Shown here piece after piece: positions 25,431 through 38,566 of a stretch of DNA of 64,000 nt. Both the position numbers and the translations under genes were made by a program. The DNA is from Eledone cirrhosa (Eukaryota), in the NCBI GenBank assembly GCA_964016885.1, contig OZ024753.1, positions 9,672,001 through 9,736,000 of the forward strand, written 5' to 3'. Each line of letters starts with the position of its first letter. Within the stretch, counting starts at the first letter, position 1. The notes under the pieces are model-generated. The model saw nothing but the letters and a program-made list of their open reading frames with translations, was not told the origin of the DNA and did not search any database.

Positions 25431-25769
25431 TGGAGGCACATGGCTTAGTGGTTAGAGCATTGGCCTTGCAATCGAAAGGTTGTGAGTTCAATTCTCAGAC
25501 TGGGTGATGTGTTGTTTCCTTGAGCAAGACACTTTATTTCACATTGCTCCAGTTTACTCAGCTGTAGAAATGAGATCATAGGACTGAGGTCCCTATCATT
25601 CCACTGCAAAGTGGTCGTGGAGGTGCCACGGCAAAAAAAGCACCCAGCACTCACTGTAAATGAGGTTGGTGTTAGGAAGGGCATCCAGCTGTAGAAATCA
25701 AGCCAGAATCAGTTCCCATCCCACCCTTGCAAGCAGGGAAAAGCGGACGTAAAATGATGATGATGATGA
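25431..25769 (+). mobile_element. SINE family A
   Basis: ggaggcacatggcttagtggttagagc..gtgagttcaattctc head; (GAT)n tail. Confidence 0.92.
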
Positions 25770-26132
25770 TAACTTCCTCAAAGGTGAGGAGACTCTAAGG
25801 GTCACTTGTGTAGAAATCCTACAAAAGCCATGGTCACCCTGTCCGCTAGCAAAAGGTGCCCTCTCCCAAACTTTCTACTCCAATCTACAGGCGTATGCTT
25901 AATATTGGTTTCTGATTTAGGCACAAGGCCAGCAATTTCGGGGGAGGAGTGACCGTGGTTTTTGTGGGATTTCTACATACATTAGACAATGAACAAATTT
26001 TCACAATGATCTGTTCACAAGTAAAGATGATATAAACATTTGAATAAATAACCCCATTTTTACATATTTTCTGCTAAATCATTTCAGAACATTCAGAATT
26101 AATTGACTGAGCAATTGACTGATACTTTAGAT

Positions 26133-26339
26133 CAGGCATGTCAAACTGAGGGGGGTCTCCCGAGGGCCACATGGGTCACATACGAGTTGTCGGAGGGCCA
26201 CACATGACAACTAATTGCGCACATTACAACTATTTTTTTTTTCATATTATATTACAAAGAATAAAACATGCTCGCACTGTAGAAATCTTTGTGCGGGCCG
26301 CTGGTGTACTTGTAAAGGGCCACATGTTTGACATGCCTG
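26133..26339 (+). mobile_element. hAT-type MITE
   Basis: TIR caggcatgtcaaac/gtttgacatgcctg; 8-bp TSD ctttagat. Confidence 0.92.
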
Positions 26340-26644
26340 CTTTAGATTATTAACCCTAAAATAATGAAAGTCAAGACTGACATCACCAAGATTTGAACTC
26401 AGAACATAAAGTAAAATGAACTAATAAACAGACTCTCTAAAAGTTCTCTAGAATTTTCTACAAATTATTTAACAGAACGGGGGGGGGGGGGGGAGACTAA
26501 AAGGTATCTTTGAAAAATAGATCTGTGACAGATTAGATAAATATATAGATGAGGGAGGTGGGAGGGGGGGGGGAGAGCAAAGGAAGCGTAGAGTCGTAGT
26601 TTGAGAGGACATCGGAAGAGAAACATATACCTTAGACATTTGAA

Positions 26645-26694
<50 letters not shown>

Positions 26695-26751
26695 TACATA
26701 CACACACATATATACCTACATACGTGTATATATATATGTACATACATACAT

Positions 26752-26782
<31 letters not shown>

Positions 26783-26847
26783 TGCATATATATATATATG
26801 TGTACATACACATACATACATGTGTATATATATGTACATATATATAT

Positions 26848-26962
<115 letters not shown>

Positions 26963-27794
26963 AAGACAATATATATAGAGACAAATATATTTATATATAT
27001 ATTTAGAGAGAGGGGGAGACAGACATATATATATATAATTAGGAGATGAAGCAAATCAAATATATATATATAGACAAGAGAAATACAAAGACAGAGAGAG
27101 AGAGAGAGAGAAAGAGAAGGAGAGATGAATAGCCAAGGAATTCATTAGTAGAGTCATGAGAATTAACAAAATTAAAGAAATAGAAGAGACTTCTGAGACA
27201 TAACAAAAAACAACAAAAAATAACAAAAAAACAACAACAAAAACAACAACAAAAACACAACATACACGCCAAAAAACAACAACATAAAATAACACCAACA
27301 AGAAGCATGAAAAAGTACTAAGAAAACAAAAAAAAAATTAAAATATAAATGCATAGCTAAAAAAAAAGGAGGTGATGGAACCGATTTGCTTTCCTCAACA
27401 TCTCTTTTAGTTTAGTGTTACTCTCAGGACTTTCTAAGAAAAACAAGACAAAGTGGAACAGTCTCTTGCTGCAGGTAATGTTTGTATTATGTTGTCTTTT
27501 AAACGAAGACAGCCAATTAATTACCTACCTGATAAGTAAATCATGATAAACTCTTATAGACAAACAAAATAAAGAAGGAATATATAGATTGATATATATA
27601 TGTATATATATATATATATATATATTTAGAGAGAGGGGGGAGGGAGAGATATATATATATAATTAGGAGACGAAGCAAGTCAAATATATATATGTGTGTG
27701 TGTGTGTGTGTGTATGTGTGTAGGATGGGAGGGGGGAGCGTTCGTGGTGGTGAAGGTGAGGCGGAGATTTGGCAAAGGGGCGTAGTATTAGCAT

Positions 27795-27823
27795 TAAGTA
27801 GTAGTAGAAGCAGCAGCAGTAGT

Positions 27824-27860
<37 letters not shown>

Positions 27861-27905
27861 ATAGCAGCAGCAGTAGTAGTAGCAGCAGCAGCAGCAGCAA
27901 TAGTT

Positions 27906-27948
<43 letters not shown>

Positions 27949-28270
27949 CAGCATTTGTTTGTTTGTTTTCTTTAGGAGGAATTCTCATCAATTGGAAAAT
28001 GGCAAACACCTGAGCCTTTTCTTTGTAAACAACAACACTAACAACAACAACAACAGTAACAACAACAGTAACAACAACAACAGTAACAACAACACTAACA
28101 ACAACAGTAACAACAACAATAACAACAACAACAGTAACAACAACACTAACAACAACAACAGTAACAACAACAACACTAACAACAACAACAGTAACAACAA
28201 CCGTAACAGTAAAACAACCCTAATAACAACAACAGTAACAACAACATTAACAACAACAACAGTAACAACA
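27795..28270. repeat. (AGT/AGC)n and (AAC)n tracts
   Basis: Direct inspection. Confidence 0.9.
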
Positions 28271-28399
28271 AATAAATAAATAAAAAGAAATAAGATTAAA
28301 AAATAAATGTGAAGAAAAAAGGTAAAAAAACCGTTAATTGTGAGGTGTTTCGAATACAAGGAATTATGGAACATAATTATTGCCTGGTGTTATCTACCC

Positions 28400-28449
28400 T
28401 CCACACACATACACACATACACACACACACATGCACACACACACACACG

Positions 28450-28501
<52 letters not shown>

Positions 28502-29420
28502 CATGCACACACATACACACACATGGTCACACACACATGCTCACACACATGTGCTCACATACACATGCACACATGCACACACACATGCACACACATGCTC
28601 ACACACACACATGCACACACACACACTCACACATACACACACATGCTCACACACATGCTCACACACACATGTGCTCACATACACATGCACACATGCACAC
28701 ACACATGCACACACACACATGCTCGCACACACACACACGTGCTCACACACACATGCACACGCACACACACATTTCCACACATACATACACAGACACACAC
28801 ACATGCATACACATTTGCACACGCACATGTGCACGTACACACACATTCTCGCACATACATACACAGACACACACACATGCATACACACACATGCACACAC
28901 ACATGTGCACGTACACACACATTCTCGCACATACACAGACACACACGCATGCATGCATACACACATAATACACATGCAAGCACATGCACATGAACACACA
29001 CACACATGCATACACATACATTCATGCACATACATAGACACATGCACAGACACATACATACATGCACACACACATACATGCACGCATATACACAGACACA
29101 TGCACACACAATGTATGCACACATGCTCACACAGACACACACACACACATGCACGTACATACACAGACACACACCCACACACACAAATGTACACACATGC
29201 ACACACAGATACACACACATGCACACACACACACACAGATACAAACATACACACACATATACAGACACGCACACATGCACAGACACACAAGCACAGATAC
29301 ACACATGCACACACACACAGACAGACACATGAACACACACACACACACGCATGAACATACAGATACACACACAGACATACATACATGCACACACACCTGC
29401 ACAAATACACACAGACTCCT
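28400..29420. repeat. Degenerate (CA)n / cacatg tract
   Basis: Direct inspection. Confidence 0.95.
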
Positions 29421-29654
29421 CTCACACCTACAACCCGCTAGGAATAATGTAAGGGTAGCAATTAAAAGTTCTATAATTTGATTTAGGTTTGTGTTGTGTT
29501 TTTTGCCAGTGACAGAGGGCCAGTAGGGATTAGGTGAAATAAAACTGGAACTAATTAAGTATTTACCTCAATTAGTAGTTATGTCTGTAACTTGAAAGAA
29601 AAAAGAAAAAAAGGAACAGTCTCGGTGAAAAGTTAAGTTTATAATTAGAGTTCT

Positions 29655-30450
29655 ACTAATTCAGTTGTGTATGTGGCTAAAATACAATAGTCAGTCTCAG
29701 TATATTATCTGTTACATATGTGGCTTAAACACAATTGCTGTCTCAGTATATTATCTGTTACATATGTGGCTTAAACACAATTGCTGTCTCAGTATATTAT
29801 CTGTTACATATGTGGCTTAAACACAATTGCTGTCTCAGTATATTATCTGTTACGTATGTGACTACAACACAGTAGTCGGTCTTAGTATTCTAACTGTTGT
29901 GTATGTGACTAAAACACAATTGTCAGTCTTAGTATTTTAAATGTTGTGTATGTGACTAAAATACAAATGCTGTCTCAGTATATTATCTGTTACGTATGTG
30001 ACTAAAACACAATAGTCAGTCTTAGTATTCTAACTGTTACGTATGTGACTAAAACACAATAGTCAGTCTTAGTATTCTAACTGTTGTGTATGTGACTAAA
30101 ATACAAATGCTGTCTCAGTATATTATCTGTTACGTATGTGACTAAAACACAATAGTCAGTCTTAGTATTCTAACTGTTACGTATGTGACTAAAACACAAT
30201 AGTCAGTCTTAGTATTCTAACTGTTGTGTATGTGACTAAAATACAAATGCTGTCTCAGTATATTATCTGTTACGTATGTGGCTAAAATACAAATGCTGTC
30301 TCAGTATATTATCTGTTACATATGTGGCTTAAACACAATTGATGTCTCAGTATATTATCTGTTACGTATGTGGCTTAAACACAATTGCTGTCAAGTATAT
30401 TAGATTATATGTTACATAAGTTATATACGCGGTTAAAACAGTCAGTCTCT
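29655..30450. repeat. 46-bp minisatellite with two unit variants, ~17 copies
   Basis: gtctcagtatattatctgttac and gtcttagtattctaactgtt units. Confidence 0.92.
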
Positions 30451-30686
30451 TTAATATTTCAACAGTTCTACCCCTCCACTCCCTGACAGAAGAATTCCAC
30501 TGTTCCCTACACCAAATCCAACAGAGGACTTTGATTCAGCACTGCAGCCAAAAGAAGCCTCAAAGTGTTATGGTGATTCTGCTGTTTCTCAGCTGGGAAT
30601 TGTATTCTGGTCCCCTACAGGTATTGTAGGAAATAAATTACATATGCTAACATGTAGCATTCAACATGACAGGACTATCAAACAAT

Positions 30687-30842
30687 ATGACAAACATAGA
30701 CAAATGTAGAAAGATCAACCAACATATTACCGTTACCATTAAAGCCAGTGATAGAAATGTGGGCAACTTAAGAATTAAGGAAGCTTTGCTCATACATAGA
30801 CTCAACCCACAAATAAATAATAGATTAGAACTCAGCACATAG
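30687..30842 (+). pseudogene. Penelope-like element GIY-YIG endonuclease C-terminal fragment
   Basis: Own translation: NIDKCRKINQHITVTIKASDRNVGNLRIKEALLIHRLNPQINNRLELST*, matching the L.I.E.L.I....P.(L/I)N terminus of PLE endonucleases. Confidence 0.75.
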
Positions 30843-31065
30843 TACTTGACATAAAAAGACTCACCCACAGGCACACAAACTAAACATCTCACATAAAAAA
30901 GAAAATTGATTTCATGAAATACTACATTGACAATTGATGTCATTAATGTGGGAAGTGAAGTAATCATCAAAAAACGCTTGAAAACGACTTAGAAAAAATT
31001 TTAATCAAAATCAAAATTTAATGCCAAAGAGAGGAAATTGGCACATTATCCACTGAAAGTTCCTT

Positions 31066-31106
31066 AAACCCTGAAGAAAGGACTTTGGGGTCCTGAAATA
31101 TTGGAC
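31066..31106 (+). ncRNA. Degenerate minimal hammerhead in PLE 3' region
   Basis: cc-CTGAAGA-a(aggac/tttggg/gtcct)-GAAATATT-gg, ~230 nt after the endonuclease stop; stem I only 2 bp. Confidence 0.55.
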
Positions 31107-31254
31107 AGATAAAAGAACAACAACAAGAAAAAACAAAACAAAGATTACTAGGTAACTTACTTTTCATTACCTCATCTTACAGTCCATTTTGCATTGTTTA
31201 GCCTTCTATCTCTTTCAACGTTATATATTATATACAATTCAAACTACATTTTAT

Positions 31255-32040
31255 TAATATGACAAAAGTATCAAACAACTTGATGGGAGTATCAACCATG
31301 ACAGGGATATCAAACAACATAAGAGTATCAAACATGACAGGGATATCAAACATGAGAGGAATATCAAAGAAGTATCAAACAACATGGCAAGGGTATCAAG
31401 CAAGTTGATAAGATTATAAAACAACACATTGACATGAGTATCAAACAAGTTGAGAGGAGTATCAGACAAGTTGACAGGAGTATCAAACAAGTTGACAGGA
31501 GTGTCAAACATGTTGACAAGAGTTTCAGACAAGTTGACAGGGGTTTCAGACAAGTTGACAGGGGTTTCAGACAAGTTGACAGGAGTTTCAGACAAGTTGA
31601 GAGGAGTGTCAAACAAGTTGACAGGGGTGTCAGACAAGTTGACAGGAGTGTTAAACAAGTTGACAGGGGTGTCAGACATCACTGGAGTATCATACAAGTT
31701 AACATAAGTGTCAGACAAGTTGACAGGAGTGTAAGACAAGTTGACAGGAGTGTCAGACATCACTGGAGTATCAAACAAGTTAACAAGAGTGTCAGATAAG
31801 TTGACAGGAATGTCAGATAAGTTGACAGGAGTGTCAGACAAGTTGACAGGAGTGTCAGACATCACTGGAGTATCAAACAAGATGACAGGAGTGTCAGACA
31901 TTAATGGAGTATCAAACAAGTTGACAGGAGTGTCAGACAAGTTGACAGGGGTGTCAGACATCACTGGAGTATCAAACAAGTTGACAGGAGTGTCAGTCAA
32001 ATAAGTTGACAAGAGTGTCAAACATCACCGGAGTATCAAT
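31255..32040. repeat. 21/18-bp minisatellite
   Basis: gacaagttgacaggagtgtca. Confidence 0.95.
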
Positions 32041-32419
32041 TAAAATGTCAAAGCCAATCAGACAACAAACATTTAACGGTATCAAACAATGAGCTGACAA
32101 TGAACTTACAGGGCTAATAAAATAAAGTACCAGTAATGCACTGGTGCCAACATATTCAACTTAACTCTCTCCCAAATTTGTTGGCCTTGGGCCTAAATCA
32201 GAAACCATTTTAACAGTCTTTGGAACAAAACTTTACAAAGGTTCTTATATAAAAATAGGCTGGAAGGTTTTTTTTTTTCAAGATTAGTATAAATACTTTG
32301 AAAAAAAACAATTTTGTACCATAAAACTAGGGGCAGTTTCAGGTCATTTGCTCTCAAAAGTGTTAGATGTGTTGATCTTGCCAATCTTAAAAGTCCTGTA
32401 AAGACCAAACCACCAATAT

Positions 32420-32556
32420 ATCATCATCATCATCATCACCACTGTCATCATCATCACCATCATCATCATCACCACCACCACCACCACAACCACCACCATC
32501 ATCACCACCACCATCATCACCACCATCATCATCACCACCACCACCATCATCATCAT
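32420..32556. repeat. (CAT/CAC)n tract
   Basis: Direct inspection. Confidence 0.95.
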
Positions 32557-32621
32557 TACTAGACTGACCATGTTTTTGAATACCATTGATATTATCACAT
32601 TCATTCATTTTTCATGCAGGC

Positions 32622-32652
<31 letters not shown>

Positions 32653-32715
32653 TACATATATATACATATACATATATACATATATATACATATATATATA
32701 TACATATATACATAT

Positions 32716-32753
<38 letters not shown>

Positions 32754-32771
32754 TTACATACACACACGTGT

Positions 32772-33108
32772 ATCATCATCACCATTTTTACGTCCGCTTT
32801 TCCCTGCTTGCAAGGGTGGGACGAGAGCTGATTCTGGCTTGATTTCTACAGCTGGATGCCCTTCCTAACACCAACCTCATTTACAGTGAGTGCGGAGTGC
32901 TTTTTTGCCGTGGCCCCTCCACGACCACTTTACAGTGGAATGATAGGGACCCCAGTCCTATCATCGCATTTCTACAGCTGAGTAAACTGGAGCAATGTGA
33001 AATAAAGTGTCTTGCTCAAGGAAACAACACATCACCCAGTCTGAGAATTGAACTCACAACCTTTCGATTGCAAGGTCAATGCTCTAACCACTAAGCCATG
33101 TGCCTCCA
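32772..33108 (-). mobile_element. SINE family A
   Basis: Full-length copy. Confidence 0.92.
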
Positions 33109-33112
33109 TATA

Positions 33113-33156
<44 letters not shown>

Positions 33157-33501
33157 CACGCACACACACATATGTATATATATATATTTTTTTATATATT
33201 CACAATCACTTGTGTATGTATATATATATATATATATATGTATACACGCACACAAACATATGTATATACATATATACATTTAATATATACACACACTTAT
33301 GTATCATCATCATCATTTTACGTCCGCTTTTCCCTGGTTGCAAGGGTTGAACGGGTCCTACTCAACACAGCTGAATATATATATATATTCACACACACAC
33401 TCATATATATATATAAACATACACACATGAATATATATATATATATATGAACATACACACATGTATATATATATATATATATATATGAAAATACACACAT
33501 G

Positions 33502-33537
<36 letters not shown>

Positions 33538-33572
33538 TGTATATATATATATATATATATGAAAATACACAC

Positions 33573-33613
<41 letters not shown>

Positions 33614-33669
33614 TATACATACATATGTATATATATATATATATATACACACACATGCATATACATACA

Positions 33670-34884
33670 TTATCATCATCGTTTAAAGTCCATCTTGGAC
33701 GGGAGTTTTCCCACTTGAAGCAAGAGTGGTTGTCTTGCTCGTATAGGACTGTCTGGCGGGTTTTCTACGGCTGGATGCCCTTCCTAACACCAACCACGTT
33801 TACAGTGTGGACTGGGAGGTTTTTACCGTGTTACCTACACGGCCACATTACAGCGTGGACTGTGTGGTTTTTTTTTGTCGTGACACGACCTCATTTGTTT
33901 CGGACTGGATGTTGTGGTACCAACATAACTTCACATTTAAGGGGGTGGTGTGTATGGGGTGGGGGGTAGTGGGACGGGGAGGTGTATTTCGTTAGAGGTG
34001 CCAACTGACTGTAGGTTTCGCTTTGTACTTAGGCAAGGTGAGTCTTCTGTATAACTGTGTAGCGCCAAAGCTCTCGGTCCAGTGACATTGTCTTGGAGAG
34101 GTGTAAGTGTGTGAGGTCGGAATTTATCAAGTGGTCCCAGGTTTTTCTGGGTCTGCCTACTCCGTGGCTACCGTCTATTTTTATCGCCCTGCACTTTTTT
34201 ATACAGCTGTCGTCTTCCATGCGCATCACGTGACCGTACCAACGTAGTCTTCTCTCGAGTAAAACAACATCTGATCCCTCTTATTCCTAATGTCTCCCTT
34301 AGTTCGTTTATGCTTTGCCGTTCACGTATATTACTATTACACATCCAGCGGAGCATGCAAGGTTCATTTCTCTCCAGTCTGCGTATATCCTCTGCAGACA
34401 ATGCCCAGGTCTCACTGCCATGTCACATTGCTGTTCGTATGCAGGCATCATACAGCCTGCCTTTCATTTTTAGAGAGAACCCTTTAGCGGCCAATAGTGG
34501 TATAAGTTCTCCGAACTTTTTCCATCCCGTTCTGACTCTAGCTACTGTACTTTCAGACCACCCTCCCCCACTGCTGATTTTGTCACCCAGGTAACGGAAG
34601 CTGTCCACTATTTCTATAAAACCATCTGTGCAATGGAATGAGTTAGTATTCTGTGGGCACTTACGGCCACATATAAAATCTATATTCTTAGTTAGCTTAC
34701 CTGTGATCCCACTACATCTTTTATGTACCCATACTTTGCATTTGGGACATAAAATGGAGTTTCTGCCTACTCCTTTCCTACACACTGAGCATGGCCATTT
34801 CCCAGATGGGACCGGTGCCCTATTTTCCTTCCTACAAACTAGAACTTTAGTCTTAGACAGGTTAATTTTAAGGCCTTTTGATTC
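33670..34884 (-). mobile_element. RTE LINE 3' part (same family as 12714-16072), cut by gap
   Basis: ESKGLKINLSKTK..WPCSVCRKGVGRNSILCPKCKVWVHKRCSGI..GRLYDACIRTAM..GRPRKTW; frameshifts; homologous 3'UTR. Confidence 0.93.
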
Positions 34885-35084
34885 NNNNNNNNNNNNNNNN
34901 NNNNNNNNNNNNNNNNNNNNNNNNNNNNNNNNNNNNNNNNNNNNNNNNNNNNNNNNNNNNNNNNNNNNNNNNNNNNNNNNNNNNNNNNNNNNNNNNNNNN
35001 NNNNNNNNNNNNNNNNNNNNNNNNNNNNNNNNNNNNNNNNNNNNNNNNNNNNNNNNNNNNNNNNNNNNNNNNNNNNNNNNNNNN
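34885..35084. other. Assembly gap (200 N)
   Basis: Run of n. Confidence 1.
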
Positions 35085-35133
35085 CCGACATATATACATA
35101 CATATACATACATATATACATATACATACATAC

Positions 35134-35168
<35 letters not shown>

Positions 35169-35525
35169 TATGAATGATGTAACTAAAAACTAAGTAACAT
35201 TTACCACCCCCAAATACACAAACTAATACAAACACACACACACGCATGCACACACATGTACACACATGTATAAACACACACACACACGTACACACACACA
35301 TGTATAAACACACACACACACGCACGTACAGACACACATGTATAAACACACACGCACGTACAGACACACATGTATAAACACACACACACACACACGTATG
35401 TACACACACACATGTATGTACACACACACATGTATAAACACACACACACACACACACGTAAACACACATGTATAAACACACACACACACACGTACACCCA
35501 CACACACGTACACACACACATGTAT

Positions 35526-35558
<33 letters not shown>

Positions 35559-35920
35559 TGCACAAATGAAATGTAGAGAAAAGGAAGGAAATGAATGAAA
35601 AAAGAAATAAAGAAAACTGGAAATACAAGGAAATAAATCCTAATCAATTTTGGTTCAACAATGAAAGCAAATCCTCCGAAAAAGCCTAACGAGTCTCTTT
35701 TTTATTGTGAAAGCAACTTTCAATTTTTGCTAGATTCCCTTTCGATAAATCTATAAAATAAAACTGGATAGATTTTTATCATGAAATATATTTTTCAGTT
35801 TTACGTTTTACGGTTTGCCAATGAATCATGGATTGAGGCAGCTTAACCTTGATATTGCAAATGTACTATCAATTACACTTCCTGCATGTACACACACACA
35901 TACATATACATACATACATA

Positions 35921-36292
35921 CATGGTGGCTGCCAACTCGTTTCGAGTAGGGCCACTATGTTATATCCATGTAGGAGAACCCCTACCGATGCGCTGAACGA
36001 GTGTGACATTTAGTCCAGCCAGCGACTTGAAAACTCTGGTACAAACACTACACTTGTGACAATTATTGACACATAGTGCTGGGCTCATGGTACCATGTGA
36101 TGACAAGTGCAGAGAGATCTCCAGATATAAAGCAATGCCTGTGCCGTGAAGCTTTTATAGTGAGCAAAGGCACTGCACAAAGCCAGTCCCACTCTCTTAA
36201 CCAAGATGATATTTACCAAAAAGAAGAACAAGTCAACATCATTGGATTCCATCAGGGTTGCAGGTGTTATATCAGAGTTTTCCTTCTCCTAG
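35921..36292 (-). mobile_element. Short non-autonomous RTE-derived element
   Basis: Reverse complement of ~2415-2779. Confidence 0.8.
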
Positions 36293-36679
36293 AATGTATG
36301 TATGTACATACATACGTACATACATACACACATACATACATACACACATACATACATACACACATACATACATACTCTCTCTCTCGTCCTACTCATTACA
36401 CTACACTGTTCTCTCTTCCCTACTCACTAAACAACTTCCTTCATCTCTCTCTCTCTCTCTCTTCCTCAGACTGCACCTTAACACTCTCTCTTCCTCTCTC
36501 TCCTCTACTTATATTACACCCTCTCTCTCTCTCTTACTATATTCCACCCTAACTCTTTCTGTCTCCTATTCATTATATAATATATATATATATTGCTTGA
36601 AAGGGTTATATATAATTATATATACACTCTCTCTCTCCCTCTCTCTCCTACTCACTAACATACAGTCTCTCACTCTCTC

Positions 36680-37225
36680 ATCAAACATCAACAGCAACAC
36701 AACCACCACCACCACCACCACCACCACCACCACCACCACCACCAACACCACCACCAACACCAACATCACCATCACCATCACCAACAACACCATCACCACC
36801 AAAACCACCACCAACACCACCATCACCATCACCATCACCACCATCACCACCAAAACCACCACCAACACCAACATCACCACCACCAACATTAACACCACCA
36901 CCAACATCAATACCAACACCATCACCAACACCAACACTACCACCATCACCAACACCACCACCACCACCAACAACACCAACACCAACATCACCAACAACAC
37001 CAACACAACCAACACCACCAACATCACCAACAACACCAACACCAACATTAACACCACCGCCAACACTAACACCATCACCAACACCACCAACACCAACACT
37101 ACCACCATCACCAACAACACCAACACCAACACCACCAACACCACCACCAACACCAACACCACCACCCCCAACACCACTGACACCAACACCACCACCAACA
37201 CCCCCAACACCACGACCACCAACAC
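36680..37225. repeat. (ACC/AAC)n tract
   Basis: Direct inspection. Confidence 0.95.
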
Positions 37226-37581
37226 ATGCAGTTAAGCTTCTGCTACTGACACAGTACTGTGGATTCTAGCTTGAATTTCAAGTCCCTCAAATGTAGTATT
37301 CATGTAATTGTCAACGACGTGAATTTAACCTTTAAAAATGGTCTAAAAGATTTGACATTTTATGTGTGTGTATATATATATTGTTATACTTAGGGAGGGT
37401 CATATTTGTGTAATATTGCCAGAATTAATAACAGAACACACTCACTGTTTGGTTGGTTTTCGCTTCTCGCTGTCTTTTATATCGGTAATCTAACTTACTC
37501 GGTCCTCAATGTTGCCATTGACTGACCGACGGTCAAAAAATAATACAGATGCAATATAGACACAAACACATATATATAGTT

Positions 37582-37625
37582 TATCATAAATCTTTCGTTG
37601 CACATCTGCAACATCGTCAGTGGTG
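37582..37625 (-). ncRNA. Minimal type I hammerhead motif, slightly decayed
   Basis: cacca-CTGACGA-t(gttgca/gatg/tgcaac)-GAAA-gatt-TA-tgata; within a segment bounded by inverted atattgttatactt.ggg (37377) / cccc.aagtataacaatat (37702). Confidence 0.65.
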
Positions 37626-37869
37626 TTATATTTTCCTCCTGTTGTGTTGTATGTCTACGCCATTTTTATTCAGTCTGTCTATATCCCCAAGTATAACAAT
37701 ATTTGTTTCGACACACGATTTCATATAAAAAACCTCGCAAAACTAATTCATCGCCGCTATATATATATATATATATAGAGGGTGAACCCCAAAAATGTAT
37801 ACACACTTCAATAGCATTCTAATAAATATAGGCTGCTGTACAGCTAATCAAAGTGTGTATACAAATAAT

Positions 37870-38057
37870 TGTTCCTACTTTTGGCACAAGGCCAACAATT
37901 ACCCAGTACATTACTGGTACTTTATTTTATCGACCCCGTAAGGATGAAAGGCAAAGTTAACCTCGGCGGGATTTGAACTCAGAATGGCAATGGGCCGTAA
38001 CTCTATACGTCAAAGCATGGCGTCCGACCCTCTACCAATACTGCCAATCCACTGCCC
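37870..38057 (-). mobile_element. Full-length SINE family B with TSD
   Basis: Direct repeat tgtgtatacaaataat at 37854-37869 and 38058-38073. Confidence 0.93.
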
Positions 38058-38194
38058 TGTGTATACAAATAATAAAACCCTCACCATACACAAACACACA
38101 ATAGTAACTTAAGATAAATATAAATAAATATACGCAGGTACAATAACAACAACCACACATAAACACACACTCGTGAGCAAAGATAGAATAGAAA

Positions 38195-38405
38195 CACATA
38201 TGTGTTGTCTGAGGGCCACATGGGTCACACATGTGTCGTCTGAGGGTCACACGTGTTGTCTGAGGGCCACACATGACAACTAACTGCGCACATTACAACT
38301 AATTTTTTAAATTTTATATTACAAAGATAAAAAAGGCTCACGCTGTAAAAACCTTTATGTGGGCCGTAGTGGTGCTTGTAAAGGGCCACAAGTTTAACAT
38401 GCCTG
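38195..38405 (+). mobile_element. hAT-type MITE lacking left TIR
   Basis: Homologous to 26133-26339. Confidence 0.85.
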
Positions 38406-38566
38406 AGATATACCATATCCTTGAATGTTGTAAGAAGCAACTAAAGGGGTTGTTGCCAGTAAGATCATCTGGCTGTAAAGCATTGTCTCAAAATGTACCA
38501 TCCAACAATCTATTTTTAGAAGCGTTTTAGAAGGGTTTTTGGAGTAACATTACTCAATAGAGAATG

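Noticed and set aside
25431-25505. tRNA gene (also the other SINE heads)
   Set aside because: A/B boxes are present but run into the SINE body; multi-copy SINE heads rather than complete tRNAs
34423-35628. 401-aa ORF
   Set aside because: Artefact joining microsatellite, the N gap and an RTE fragment
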